Source of the DNA: Thermoproteota archaeon
Lineage (GTDB): Archaea > Asgardarchaeota > Jordiarchaeia > Jordiarchaeales > Freyrarchaeaceae
Length of the DNA: 38,977 nucleotides
Assembly (NCBI GenBank): GCA_029258835.1
Contig: JAPDJY010000087.1
Span: 1-38,977, forward strand
Reading direction: 5' to 3'
The notes beneath the pieces are model-generated. The model was not told the origin of the DNA. It made no database searches and worked only from the letters and a program-made list of their open reading frames with translations. Below, piece by piece: positions 18,458 to 27,248 of this stretch; within the stretch, counting starts at the first letter, position 1; each line of letters begins with the position of its first letter. The translations under genes and the position numbers were made by a program.

Positions 18458-19687
18458 ATGATCGAAGTGGGAGCGCTTATAGACACTGTAAAGGAGATTT
18501 GCAGCTCCATCGGTCCCCGCCCTGCTGGCAGCGAAGCAGAGGCTAGGGCTGCTGAACTAATAAGGTCTCGCTTAGAGCCGCTCTGCGATGAGGTGGTTGT
18601 TGAAGAGTTTAGGGTTCACCCTAGAGTCCTTCAGGGACTGATAGTCTTCATGGCTCTCATGTACCTTGCAGCCTTCATAGTGTACTTTCTCATGCCTCCA
18701 GTAGCGTTCCTCCTAGGCATAACAAGCCTTCTCATACTGTACCTGTCTAGGATGAGGGGGAAAGCCGTCCTCGACTGGATGTTTCCCGAAGCGACCTCCC
18801 AGAACGTGATAGGCAAAATAAAACCGCGGGGGGAAGCAAAGAGGATCTTGGTCTTCTCTGGCCACCACGACTCAGCATACCTCATGCCTTTATTCTGGAA
18901 GCACAAGCCTAAGCTAGCCATGATACAGAACATAGCTGTTGGATGCCTAGCCCTCCTAACAGTGCTATCAGCCGTTAAGTCTGCTTGGATCTTCCTTTAC
19001 GGTGGAAGCAGCATCCTAGAAGGCCCGTTAGGCTTCATAACTAGAGGGTTAACGGACTACGTTCTATCATTCAACCTCTTCGACTACTTCATGGTGGTGC
19101 CCTTAGTAGGCCTCATCGTCACATTTTACTTCATGCGGAACATGGTTACGAGCACCCCCTGCATGGGAGCTAACGATAACCTCTCAGCAGTAGCCGTAAT
19201 ACTCTCCCTAGCAGAGGAGGTCTCTAAGAGAAAGCCCAAGAACACCGAGGTTTGGATCGTCAGCTTTGGATCTGAGGAGCCAAGCACCAAGGGCTCCAAG
19301 TTCTTCGCTGAAACCCATAAGGAAATAGCGGACAAAGCTCTCGTCGTCAACTTGGAAACGGTCGGGCAAGGTGAAATCGGCATTATCTCAAAGGAGAAGT
19401 CGGTCGGCGTAACACTGTCAAAGGAAGTTGTAAACTTGATCTTGGAGGCAGGAGAAAGAGCGAAAATACCCGTCAGAACCGTTGAAATAGGGTACGGTAA
19501 CACCGACGCATCGTCGCTTGTGAGAGGGGGAATTAAAGCAGCAACCATATTTGGCATGGACGAAAACGAGCTTTTCACCCTCTGGCATACGCCAGAAGAC
19601 GTTCCCGAAAACTTAGACGAGGAAAACCTTCAAAAGGTTAAGAAGTTGTGCATGGAAATTCTCCGCATTGTAGACTCTTCCAGCTAA
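18458..19687 (+). CDS. M28-family metallopeptidase with inserted transmembrane segments
   Basis: GPRPAGSEAE, GHHDS, GANDNLSAV, GSEE, NLET, TDA, WHTPED; hydrophobic helices inserted. Confidence 0.88.
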   Translation: MIEVGALIDTVKEICSSIGPRPAGSEAEARAAELIRSRLEPLCDEVVVEEFRVHPRVLQGLIVFMALMYLAAFIVYFLMPPVAFLLGITSLLILYLSRMRGKAVLDWMFPEATSQNVIGKIKPRGEAKRILVFSGHHDSAYLMPLFWKHKPKLAMIQNIAVGCLALLTVLSAVKSAWIFLYGGSSILEGPLGFITRGLTDYVLSFNLFDYFMVVPLVGLIVTFYFMRNMVTSTPCMGANDNLSAVAVILSLAEEVSKRKPKNTEVWIVSFGSEEPSTKGSKFFAETHKEIADKALVVNLETVGQGEIGIISKEKSVGVTLSKEVVNLILEAGERAKIPVRTVEIGYGNTDASSLVRGGIKAATIFGMDENELFTLWHTPEDVPENLDEENLQKVKKLCMEILRIVDSSS

Positions 19688-19712
19688 ACACCTCCCCTTT
19701 CTCCCATTTATT

Positions 19713-20249
19713 TCAAACGTTTACTTCTCTAAGTTTTTCTCTGTAGCGTCTAGCCAAGCTAACATAGATCTCCTTATACCTAGTCCAAAGCTTTACGTGT
19801 TCTTCCGTCACGTCACCTATCACCTTCGCCGGGACGCCTACAGCTATCTTTCTATCAGGAACCTCCTGCTTAGACTTAACAAGGCATCCCTCTCCTACTA
19901 TCGCCCATGTTCCTACCGTCGCGTAATCGCTTACAATAGCCCCCATTCCTATTACAGCGTAGTCCCTTATAGTACAGTTATGGACGATCGCCCCGTGCCC
20001 AATGCTAACCCAGTCTCCTATGACGCATATTTCACCAGGTCTAGCATGGACGACGCAGTTCTCCTGAATGTTCGTTTTATTTCCTATTCTGACGCTTCCA
20101 TAGTCACCCTTTATCCTAGCTCCAGGACCTATAAAGCACTCTCTTCCTATGACAACATCTCCTATTACATCTGCACTATGAGAAATGTACGTTCCTTCCC
20201 CTATCCTTGGACGCCTACCCTCAAACTCATAAACACCCAAAACCTCCAC
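19713..20249 (-). CDS. Gamma-class carbonic anhydrase family protein
   Basis: Hexapeptide repeats, IGDV.IG, NIQENCVVH, IGHGAIVHNC, GVPAKV. Confidence 0.92.
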   Translation of the reverse strand: MEVLGVYEFEGRRPRIGEGTYISHSADVIGDVVIGRECFIGPGARIKGDYGSVRIGNKTNIQENCVVHARPGEICVIGDWVSIGHGAIVHNCTIRDYAVIGMGAIVSDYATVGTWAIVGEGCLVKSKQEVPDRKIAVGVPAKVIGDVTEEHVKLWTRYKEIYVSLARRYREKLREVNV

Positions 20250-20615
20250 CTCACGTTAAGGGTTACCGAAGCATCACATTTTCCCTCACGTTACTGTTTA
20301 AACCTTTCGAAATTTGACATTCAGTCGCAATTTAGACGTCACAGTTACCTCAGACGTGAATAAACACTTAAAGTTAGATAAAGTTAGAGGTGTAGTTTAG
20401 AGAACAACTAATTATTAAGAAAAGAAGCCAAATGACACCCAAATAAATAGCAAGAACGTTTCCCCCACTTGAGGGGAGCTAAAAGAAGGGTATTGATTTT
20501 AATTCAACAAATCGCTTTTTAACAACCCTTGTCTTCCAGTTTTTGATGGACGTTGACGGCGTTCTTTCTAGGTAGCAGCACTCTTTTTCATATTCGTTTT
20601 TTCTCGAAGATTATT

Positions 20616-21272
20616 CTATGACGTTATTGTAGCCTCGTTAGGAAGCGTTTTAACTATAAGCTTTCCTAGCGCTCCTAGCGACGCGAAAAACTTTTTCCAT
20701 TTTTCATTTTTCATTAGTTCATTTAATGCTTCGCCATATATTAAGGTGAGAAACGTTTCACCATCTAGGTCTGTCTCTTTTCCTTCGTATTTCCTACTAA
20801 CAGCAACTATGTTCTTCACCATTTCCTCCGCTAACTCCTCCATGAGGTCTGATGAAACCTGTAAGTACCTGCCCCGCCCAACTTCAACCATCTGGAAAAG
20901 GCTTATAATCCCCCTTAACCTTTCAAGCTGAACCTCAATGTACTGTTTTTTAATCTTTAAGGGGGCTTTATCGTAATCGACCACGAAGAGGGTTGCGGTG
21001 GGCTCATAGTACTTTTGCAGTATGCCGTGCTCCCCCACCACGCTTCTCTGGACGCTTATTATCCCATACTCCCTCAAGATCTTAAGATGGTATCCTACAG
21101 AGGACTTGTTTATCCCTAACGCCTCTGAAAGCTCAGTCTCCGTCATAGGCTTCTTCAAAAGGAGCCTTAGGATCTCTTTACGCATTGGATCAGACATAAT
21201 GTGTATGCTCTCTGGGTCGCTGAGCACGACTACCGCCCGTCTAGGCATAAGGCTCCCTACCCTTCCGCTCAA
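20616..21272 (-). CDS. ArsR-family winged-helix transcriptional regulator
   Basis: SDPMRKEILRLL..PMTETELSEALGINKSSVGYHLKILREYGII...KYY. Confidence 0.85.
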   Translation of the reverse strand: MSGRVGSLMPRRAVVVLSDPESIHIMSDPMRKEILRLLLKKPMTETELSEALGINKSSVGYHLKILREYGIISVQRSVVGEHGILQKYYEPTATLFVVDYDKAPLKIKKQYIEVQLERLRGIISLFQMVEVGRGRYLQVSSDLMEELAEEMVKNIVAVSRKYEGKETDLDGETFLTLIYGEALNELMKNEKWKKFFASLGALGKLIVKTLPNEATITS

Positions 21273-21451
21273 ATCTTTTAGAAGGAAAACATTTATAACT
21301 TACCATTCCCTGATTAGTATTACGAATTGTATCGTTTTCAACTATAATACCGATAAGACAACTTAATTAAATTTGCCTTCCCTCCAATCGCCTAACTTCT
21401 CCCTTCAGCTACCATAGATCCAAATAGGCCAATGAATGGATGGTGGGAGGA

Positions 21452-22225
21452 ATGAAAGCAGTTATAGTTGCAGCTGGTAACGGGTCAAGGCTTCGCCCCC
21501 TCACGTTGAAAACTCCGAAGCCCCTCCTGCCAGTCCTAGGCAAACCCCTAATAGTCCACGTGCTCGACGCTTTAGCTAAAGTGCAGGTGGACGAGGTGGC
21601 AGTAGTTACAGGATACCTAGGAAGTAAGGTTAGACGATACCTGAAACCATGGGTGGAGCAGTTAGGTGTTAAGGTTCATTTCATCCATAACCACGAGTAC
21701 GAGAGAGGCAACGGCGTCTCCCTCAAGGTGGCGAGAAAACTCATCAAGCGAGAACCTTTCCTCCTGCTGATGTCCGACCACATAGTTGATGCTGAAGCGA
21801 TACGCCTCCTACTCAATGAAGGAGAGGGCACAAGCCTATGCGTAGACAGAACTCCACATCTCCCTCCACAGCTCAACGACGCCACCAAGGTGCTGGTGGA
21901 CAAGGAAAACTACATAATCGACATAGGTAAGGAGATCCCAGAGTGGAACGGCGTCGACACCGGGGTATTCCTCTGCGACCCGGTGGTGTTTGACGTTGCA
22001 AGCCTCCTCGCTAGGGAGAGGTTCACCGTCACCATAACGGACTGTATGAGGTGGCTCATAAGAAATGGAAGACCTATAAGGGCCGTCGACGTGTCAGGCT
22101 TCCTGTGGCTTGACGTCGACACGCCTGAAGATATGGAGTTCGCAGAGAGGATACTGGGAGGAGTGGAAGGTGCCTCAGAGCTGGGATGGGATAGTGTCAC
22201 GCTCCCTCAACCGGAGAATTTCTAG
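21452..22225 (+). CDS. Inositol-1-phosphate cytidylyltransferase (IPCT)-type nucleotidyltransferase
   Basis: AAGNGSRL..PKPL, YERGNGVSL, LLMSDHI, CVDR, DATKV, VDTGVF, WLDVDTPED. Confidence 0.85.
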   Translation: MKAVIVAAGNGSRLRPLTLKTPKPLLPVLGKPLIVHVLDALAKVQVDEVAVVTGYLGSKVRRYLKPWVEQLGVKVHFIHNHEYERGNGVSLKVARKLIKREPFLLLMSDHIVDAEAIRLLLNEGEGTSLCVDRTPHLPPQLNDATKVLVDKENYIIDIGKEIPEWNGVDTGVFLCDPVVFDVASLLARERFTVTITDCMRWLIRNGRPIRAVDVSGFLWLDVDTPEDMEFAERILGGVEGASELGWDSVTLPQPENF

Positions 22226-22874
22226 GCCTATTGCAAGATTCCTCTCCAAGCACCGTGTGGTTACCCCGAACCAAGTCACCGTTTTAAGCTTTTTAGTAAG
22301 CCTTCTCTCTCCGGTAGCATTCTACTTTGGAATTCAACTCTTAGGAGGTATCCTAGCCCAGCTGTCATCGATCTTAGATGGCGTAGACGGGGACCTAGCT
22401 AAAATGACGGGGAAGACGACTCCCTTCGGCGGATTCCTAGACTCGGTTCTCGACCGGTATGCTGACGTAGCGATCCTAGCTGGAATGGGCTTGTATGGTT
22501 TCTTCTTTGAAGGCTTAAAGTACTCTCCTGCCTTCTGCTTACTTGCAATACTGGGAGCCCTCATGGTAAGCTATAGCCGCGCTGCATCAGAAAGGATCCC
22601 CGGCTTCTCTTTCCAGTCGCCAATAAGCAACTACCTCGCAAACCGTGACGTTAGGCTCTTCATCATCTTCATAGCGTCGATCCTCTCCTTTGTCTCCGTC
22701 GCTTTCTCAATCATGATCCCAGTCATCTCGTACTCTCTAATCGTAATAGCGGCGATCACGAACCTCACCGTTGCAAGGCGGCTGCTAGAAGTTCGCACCT
22801 GGCAATCTTCCAATGCGAGGAGTCAGCTACAAGGGATGGTTAGCCTATCTAGCAGGTTTAACCACCCAACTTAG
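22170..22874 (+). CDS. CDP-alcohol phosphotransferase, di-myo-inositol-phosphate-phosphate synthase (DIPPS)-like
   Basis: DGIVSRSLNRRISRPI, TPNQVT, DGVDGDLA...GGFLDSVLDRYAD, MVSYSRA, RDVRLF; adjacent to IPCT. Confidence 0.85.
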   Translation: MPQSWDGIVSRSLNRRISRPIARFLSKHRVVTPNQVTVLSFLVSLLSPVAFYFGIQLLGGILAQLSSILDGVDGDLAKMTGKTTPFGGFLDSVLDRYADVAILAGMGLYGFFFEGLKYSPAFCLLAILGALMVSYSRAASERIPGFSFQSPISNYLANRDVRLFIIFIASILSFVSVAFSIMIPVISYSLIVIAAITNLTVARRLLEVRTWQSSNARSQLQGMVSLSSRFNHPT

Positions 22875-23648
22875 ATGGTGTCCTTCTTGAAGCGTCTCAA
22901 AGTTTTCGTCTGCGGCTCGGTCGGATACGGCGGAAAAGAGGAAGTAACGTCCCTTCAACACTTCCTTAAATCCGCTGGCTTTGACGTCATAGACCAGTTT
23001 GAAAACGGAGACTATGCTGACGTGGAGGACTTTAGAGGGAAACACGACCTGTGTAGAAAAATAGTTTTAAGCGACCTTCAGAAGTGCATGAAGGCAGACG
23101 TGGTGGTGCTAGTGGCTTCCAGGCCGAGCTTCGGAGCAGCCATCGAATCCTTCACAGCAGCGACTAGGGGGAAACCCGTTATAGCATACTGCCCCGAGAA
23201 GACTCGCTCTCCATGGCCACTGCACATAGCCCAGTACGTGGCGAGGAGCAAGGAGGAGCTCGCCTCTCTGCTCCAGAAGATTAAAAGTCCATCTCCCAAG
23301 TTCAAGATCAGGGTGATACCCAACGTTCACAGCGGTCACAAAGCCAAGTTCACCTATGATGGCTTCACATGCCTATGCCCGGTCACGGGAAAACCGGACA
23401 AAGCAAAAATAGAAGTAGAATACATCCCCCGCAATAAACTCATAGAGTACGAGTCCCTCAGCGACTACTTCAAATTCTTTAGGGGGAAACCTCTTCACCA
23501 TGAGGAAGTAGTATCCATCATTCTAAAGGACCTAATGGAACGTGTAGAACCAGAGTACATTAAGGTCACAGCAGAGTTCAAGGAGCGGAGCGGGGTAAAG
23601 GCCACGGTATCAAAGCAAGCAGGGAAGATTCGCCCTTCCCACTGCTAG
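22875..23648 (+). CDS. Fusion: nucleoside deoxyribosyltransferase/DNPH1-like N-glycosidase domain + QueF/QueF-like T-fold domain
   Basis: N-terminal VFVCGS...DLQKCMKADVVV..PSFGAAIE..GKPVI; C-terminal FTCLCPVTGKPD..IEVEYIP...HHEE...ERSGV. Confidence 0.8.
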   Translation: MVSFLKRLKVFVCGSVGYGGKEEVTSLQHFLKSAGFDVIDQFENGDYADVEDFRGKHDLCRKIVLSDLQKCMKADVVVLVASRPSFGAAIESFTAATRGKPVIAYCPEKTRSPWPLHIAQYVARSKEELASLLQKIKSPSPKFKIRVIPNVHSGHKAKFTYDGFTCLCPVTGKPDKAKIEVEYIPRNKLIEYESLSDYFKFFRGKPLHHEEVVSIILKDLMERVEPEYIKVTAEFKERSGVKATVSKQAGKIRPSHC

Positions 23649-23698
23649 GGGTCAAGGAAAAATTAAGAGGGGAGAAGCCCTATTTTTACTTTTACCTT

Positions 23699-25042
23699 CT
23701 AAAGTTTGGTTAGCGCCTCCTCCGCTGCCTCGGTTATCTGGTACGTTATAGGCGAACTGGTTAAAGCTGGATGCGTGCCAAATTGAAACGTTGCAACCTC
23801 CTCAGCTGTCATGCACTTCTCTATCATCGAGACAAGTATGTTTGTTACCTCCGCCGTCGTCGCTCCTCCAGCCACCTGTCCACCTATAAGTATACCTGAC
23901 CCCTTCTCGAATAGGAGTTTAACTTTCATTTCCCGCGTGTTGGGCATGGATCCCGGATGCTTGTCCGGTGCCTTAAACTCCCCGGTGATATACTCAAATG
24001 ACTCCTCCCTTGCAGCCCTCTCCGTTAACCCTGCGACGCCGAGGGCAAGGTCTCCTATAATCGTTGAAAAGCTGCCTATACAGCCGATGTTCACCCTTTT
24101 CAAGGAGAAGAGGTTTGCCCCTGCAATTCTCGCCTCCTTCGTGGATATCGACGCAAGCCTGAGAGCCGTCGGCTTATTGGTGAAGAACGAATACTTCTCA
24201 GCGCAGTCGCCGACAGCGAAAATGTCCTCGTCACTCGTCCTCATGTACTTGTCAACCCATATGCCCTTTCTCTCTCCGATCTTCAAATCAGCCTTCTCTG
24301 CGAGCTCGGTGTTTGGCTTCACACCTATTCCTATTAATACTAAATCTGCCTTAAGCGCCTCCCCGCTGCTAAGCTTCACCTTCTCAACTTTTCCGTCGCC
24401 TGTTATTTCCTCGGCTCTCTCGTTTGTCCTGAGCGTTACCCCCCTCTCAGCCAGCTTCTGCTCCGCCATTAAACAATAGTCCTCATCGAATGCCAACTGA
24501 AGGCAATGAGGCAGTAACTCTACTATCGTAACATTCAGCCCTCTCTTAGCAAACTCGTCCGCAAACTCTACACCTATAAATCCGCCTCCTATGATGACAA
24601 CGTCCCTAGCCTTCTCGAGGGCAGCCATCAGCCTACTTAAGTACTCCACGTCCTTCCTTACGACAAACACGTTTTCTAGGTTCACTCCAGGTATAGGCGG
24701 AACCACTGGAGAGGAGCCAACCGCAAGAATGAGTTTTTCATACTCCAGTTTGTCCCCTTTCGAAAGAGTAAGCGACTTTTCATCCCTGTTTATCGACGTG
24801 ACCTCGTCAACTATTATTTCAATGTTCCTATTTAAAAGAACAGCGTCCGGTATCAGGTTTTTCCTAACATCCTTTAGAGTTCCGTAAATATATGGAACCC
24901 CGCAGGGAACAACGACCTCCTTCTCCCTTCTAACAACGGCTATACTTGCATTTCTATAATGTCTTCTCGCAGTGATAGCAGCTGTAACACCAGCAGCACT
25001 GCCTCCAATAACGACTACATCCTTCTTCACACTCTTCACCAT
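23699..25042 (-). CDS. FAD-dependent pyridine nucleotide-disulfide oxidoreductase (CoA-disulfide reductase/NADH oxidase family)
   Basis: IGGSAAG, redox Cys in VPCGVPY, IGGGFIGVE, IFAVGDC. Confidence 0.9.
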   Translation of the reverse strand: MVKSVKKDVVVIGGSAAGVTAAITARRHYRNASIAVVRREKEVVVPCGVPYIYGTLKDVRKNLIPDAVLLNRNIEIIVDEVTSINRDEKSLTLSKGDKLEYEKLILAVGSSPVVPPIPGVNLENVFVVRKDVEYLSRLMAALEKARDVVIIGGGFIGVEFADEFAKRGLNVTIVELLPHCLQLAFDEDYCLMAEQKLAERGVTLRTNERAEEITGDGKVEKVKLSSGEALKADLVLIGIGVKPNTELAEKADLKIGERKGIWVDKYMRTSDEDIFAVGDCAEKYSFFTNKPTALRLASISTKEARIAGANLFSLKRVNIGCIGSFSTIIGDLALGVAGLTERAAREESFEYITGEFKAPDKHPGSMPNTREMKVKLLFEKGSGILIGGQVAGGATTAEVTNILVSMIEKCMTAEEVATFQFGTHPALTSSPITYQITEAAEEALTKL

Positions 25043-25436
25043 CCGCTGAAATGCCAGTATACGTTGTAACAGCAAATGTAACAGCAATTTAAAGCTTCCA
25101 TTAGTAAAAAATAGCAAAAGTTAACATAGTTAAGTAGTAATCTATATGCATCAAATACTGTTAAGTCATAAAATATTCGAACGGTCGCGTTAAGCAGAAC
25201 AGACGCAAGAAAGTTCTAACCTTAAATGTTAAACCCTGTTTCTTACCCGTCCAGTTTACCTCTTAGCGAAGTAAAATCCCAGTAAGATCGCAGCACTAAG
25301 GAAAATTAAACTCGGGAGACTGCGCCATCTTTACCAAGTTTGCTAGTTTTTAGGTTAGTTCAAGCATAAAGTTAAAGTGAAGCCGGCGTTTATCACTTTA
25401 GATTATAAAAAAGAGGCGTTTTTTCAATTCTGAAGC

Positions 25437-26234
25437 TTATTTAACGAGTTCCTCGATTATTTCATTGGCAACCTTCCTACCTGACAGAAGCATTCCGCTG
25501 AAGATGGGCCCCATTCTGGGTCCACCATAGAGGGCGCAGACGGCCATCCCCGAGGCGTAGAGTCCCGGGCATACCTCACCTGTTTTTTCAACGACAAATT
25601 TTTCTCCTGAAGGAGCGTTCATCGACTTCTCTCCCTTTATTTCTATGTTAAGCTCGGGGATCTTCCTTGAGGCGACGGACACCACCTCGGCGTCATGTCC
25701 CGTGCAGTCAACTACTGCACGCGCTCTCACGGAAACAGGGTCGACGTGAAGCCCTGACATGGTGACGGCGCTCCATTGAATCACAACGCCTGTTATCCTC
25801 AGCGGGTTTAAGGAGTACATCAGGTCTTCAACCGTTACCCCAAAAACGACTTTTGCACCAGCGTCTATGGCTGCAACCGCAAGCTTCGCCATCATCTCGG
25901 CTGCATCAACTACGTAGACGCCGTCTTCCACTTCAACCAGGTCGCACCCTGTGTCTCTTAATATTTCATCAGCTGGCTTGGAAACGATAACCTTATGCCA
26001 GAGCATCCCGCCTCCGCCTATCCCGCCTCCGTAGGAAAGCCTTCTCTCGAAAACCACCGTTTTCAGTCCGGCGACTGCAAGATACTTGGCTGCTGTTAAC
26101 CCTGATGGCCCCGCTCCAACGATGACCACGTCCGAATCCGCTATCTTACTCCAATCTTCAGCGGCAGCCTTAACTATCTCCCTAGTAATCGTGACTTCGT
26201 CAACCTCTTTGGGCGCCATCTCCATAACCTTCAT
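25437..26234 (-). CDS. thi4: Thiazole synthase Thi4 (His-type, sulfide-dependent)
   Basis: [44 protein letters not shown]. Confidence 0.93.
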   Translation of the reverse strand: MKVMEMAPKEVDEVTITREIVKAAAEDWSKIADSDVVIVGAGPSGLTAAKYLAVAGLKTVVFERRLSYGGGIGGGGMLWHKVIVSKPADEILRDTGCDLVEVEDGVYVVDAAEMMAKLAVAAIDAGAKVVFGVTVEDLMYSLNPLRITGVVIQWSAVTMSGLHVDPVSVRARAVVDCTGHDAEVVSVASRKIPELNIEIKGEKSMNAPSGEKFVVEKTGEVCPGLYASGMAVCALYGGPRMGPIFSGMLLSGRKVANEIIEELVK

Positions 26235-26465
26235 CTTATGGAACCCCCAATTTAGCTAGTTTCAAAATAACGTAGTCTAAATTAATTCTTTCGCTAAGTC
26301 AGCGTCAAAGGTGGTCATTTTCCCCTATCTTTTCATCAACCCAACGGAAACTTAAACACCTACTCCCCAGCCTCTTCGTGAACCCCCTTAACCGAAACCT
26401 CATCATGGTGATTCCTAAACTTTATTAAGGGTGTTTTTCTGCCTCTGTTTGCGGTGGTGTGGCTA

Positions 26466-26759
26466 ATGGTGGTAGGGGAAGTTAAGGTTATTCCTCTAGG
26501 TGAAGGAGTTAGTGTGGGCAGGTTTGTGGGGGCAGCCATAGAAGCATTGAGACAGGCAGGAGTCAAGGTCATTCCAGGCGCCATGTCGACGGTCATTGAA
26601 GCCGGCAGCATCGAAGAAGTTTTCCAAGCAGTAAAGTTAGCCCATGAAGCCGTCTTCAAGGAAGGTGCTAAACGCGTGGTTACATCAGTTGTGGTGGACG
26701 ACCGGAGAGATAAGCCTGCAACAGTGGAAAGCAAGCTTAAAGCCATCAGGGAAAATTAA
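26466..26759 (+). CDS. MTH1187/YkoF-family thiamine-binding protein
   Basis: VIPLGEGVSVGRFV, GAMSTVIE, DDRRDK....SKL. Confidence 0.88.
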   Translation: MVVGEVKVIPLGEGVSVGRFVGAAIEALRQAGVKVIPGAMSTVIEAGSIEEVFQAVKLAHEAVFKEGAKRVVTSVVVDDRRDKPATVESKLKAIREN

Positions 26760-27248
26760 GAAACCAGTTTAGAGGGCTAACTGCAGTCTTACCCAAGCAA
26801 ACCTAGCGGCTTAAACTTTCCCGAGCGGATAGTGTTGAAGGGCAGGAGGAGCGCCATCTACCATAAGCCATCGCTGTTCCTCTGTTTACCCCAATAGTTC
26901 CCGGCTTCATCCCTGTCATCTACCTCGCTCAGCTTAACCCTCCACACTTCATTATATATTTTTTAGAGGACTCTAATCATAGGCGGCTGGGAGTTACCCT
27001 TTCGCTCTCCTCTTGAAGACTTCCTCCTGTTCATCTACCCTCCAGACCTAGAAGCAGCTCATCTCAACTTCATGGACTCCACTGTCTGGAGGTGGTTTGT
27101 CTCCATCCTCCTAATAAGTCCTAACCGTGGAAGGCCAGCCCCAGAAACAACACGCCACTATTCACACTGCGGCGGGGGAAGAGTGTTAGAAAAGAAGAAG
27201 TAAGGTTGGTTTTTCCATACGCCAAAAGAACATTAACTGTTAGGAAGC

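Noticed and set aside
20370-20389. AAAGTTAGA direct repeat
   Set aside because: Short repeat in AT-rich intergenic DNA; not distinguishable from chance
22875-23648. Canonical queF call
   Set aside because: The NADPH-binding QueF motif is absent and there is an extra N-terminal domain
26235-26465. TPP riboswitch upstream of thi4
   Set aside because: Conserved riboswitch core sequences were not recognised on either strand
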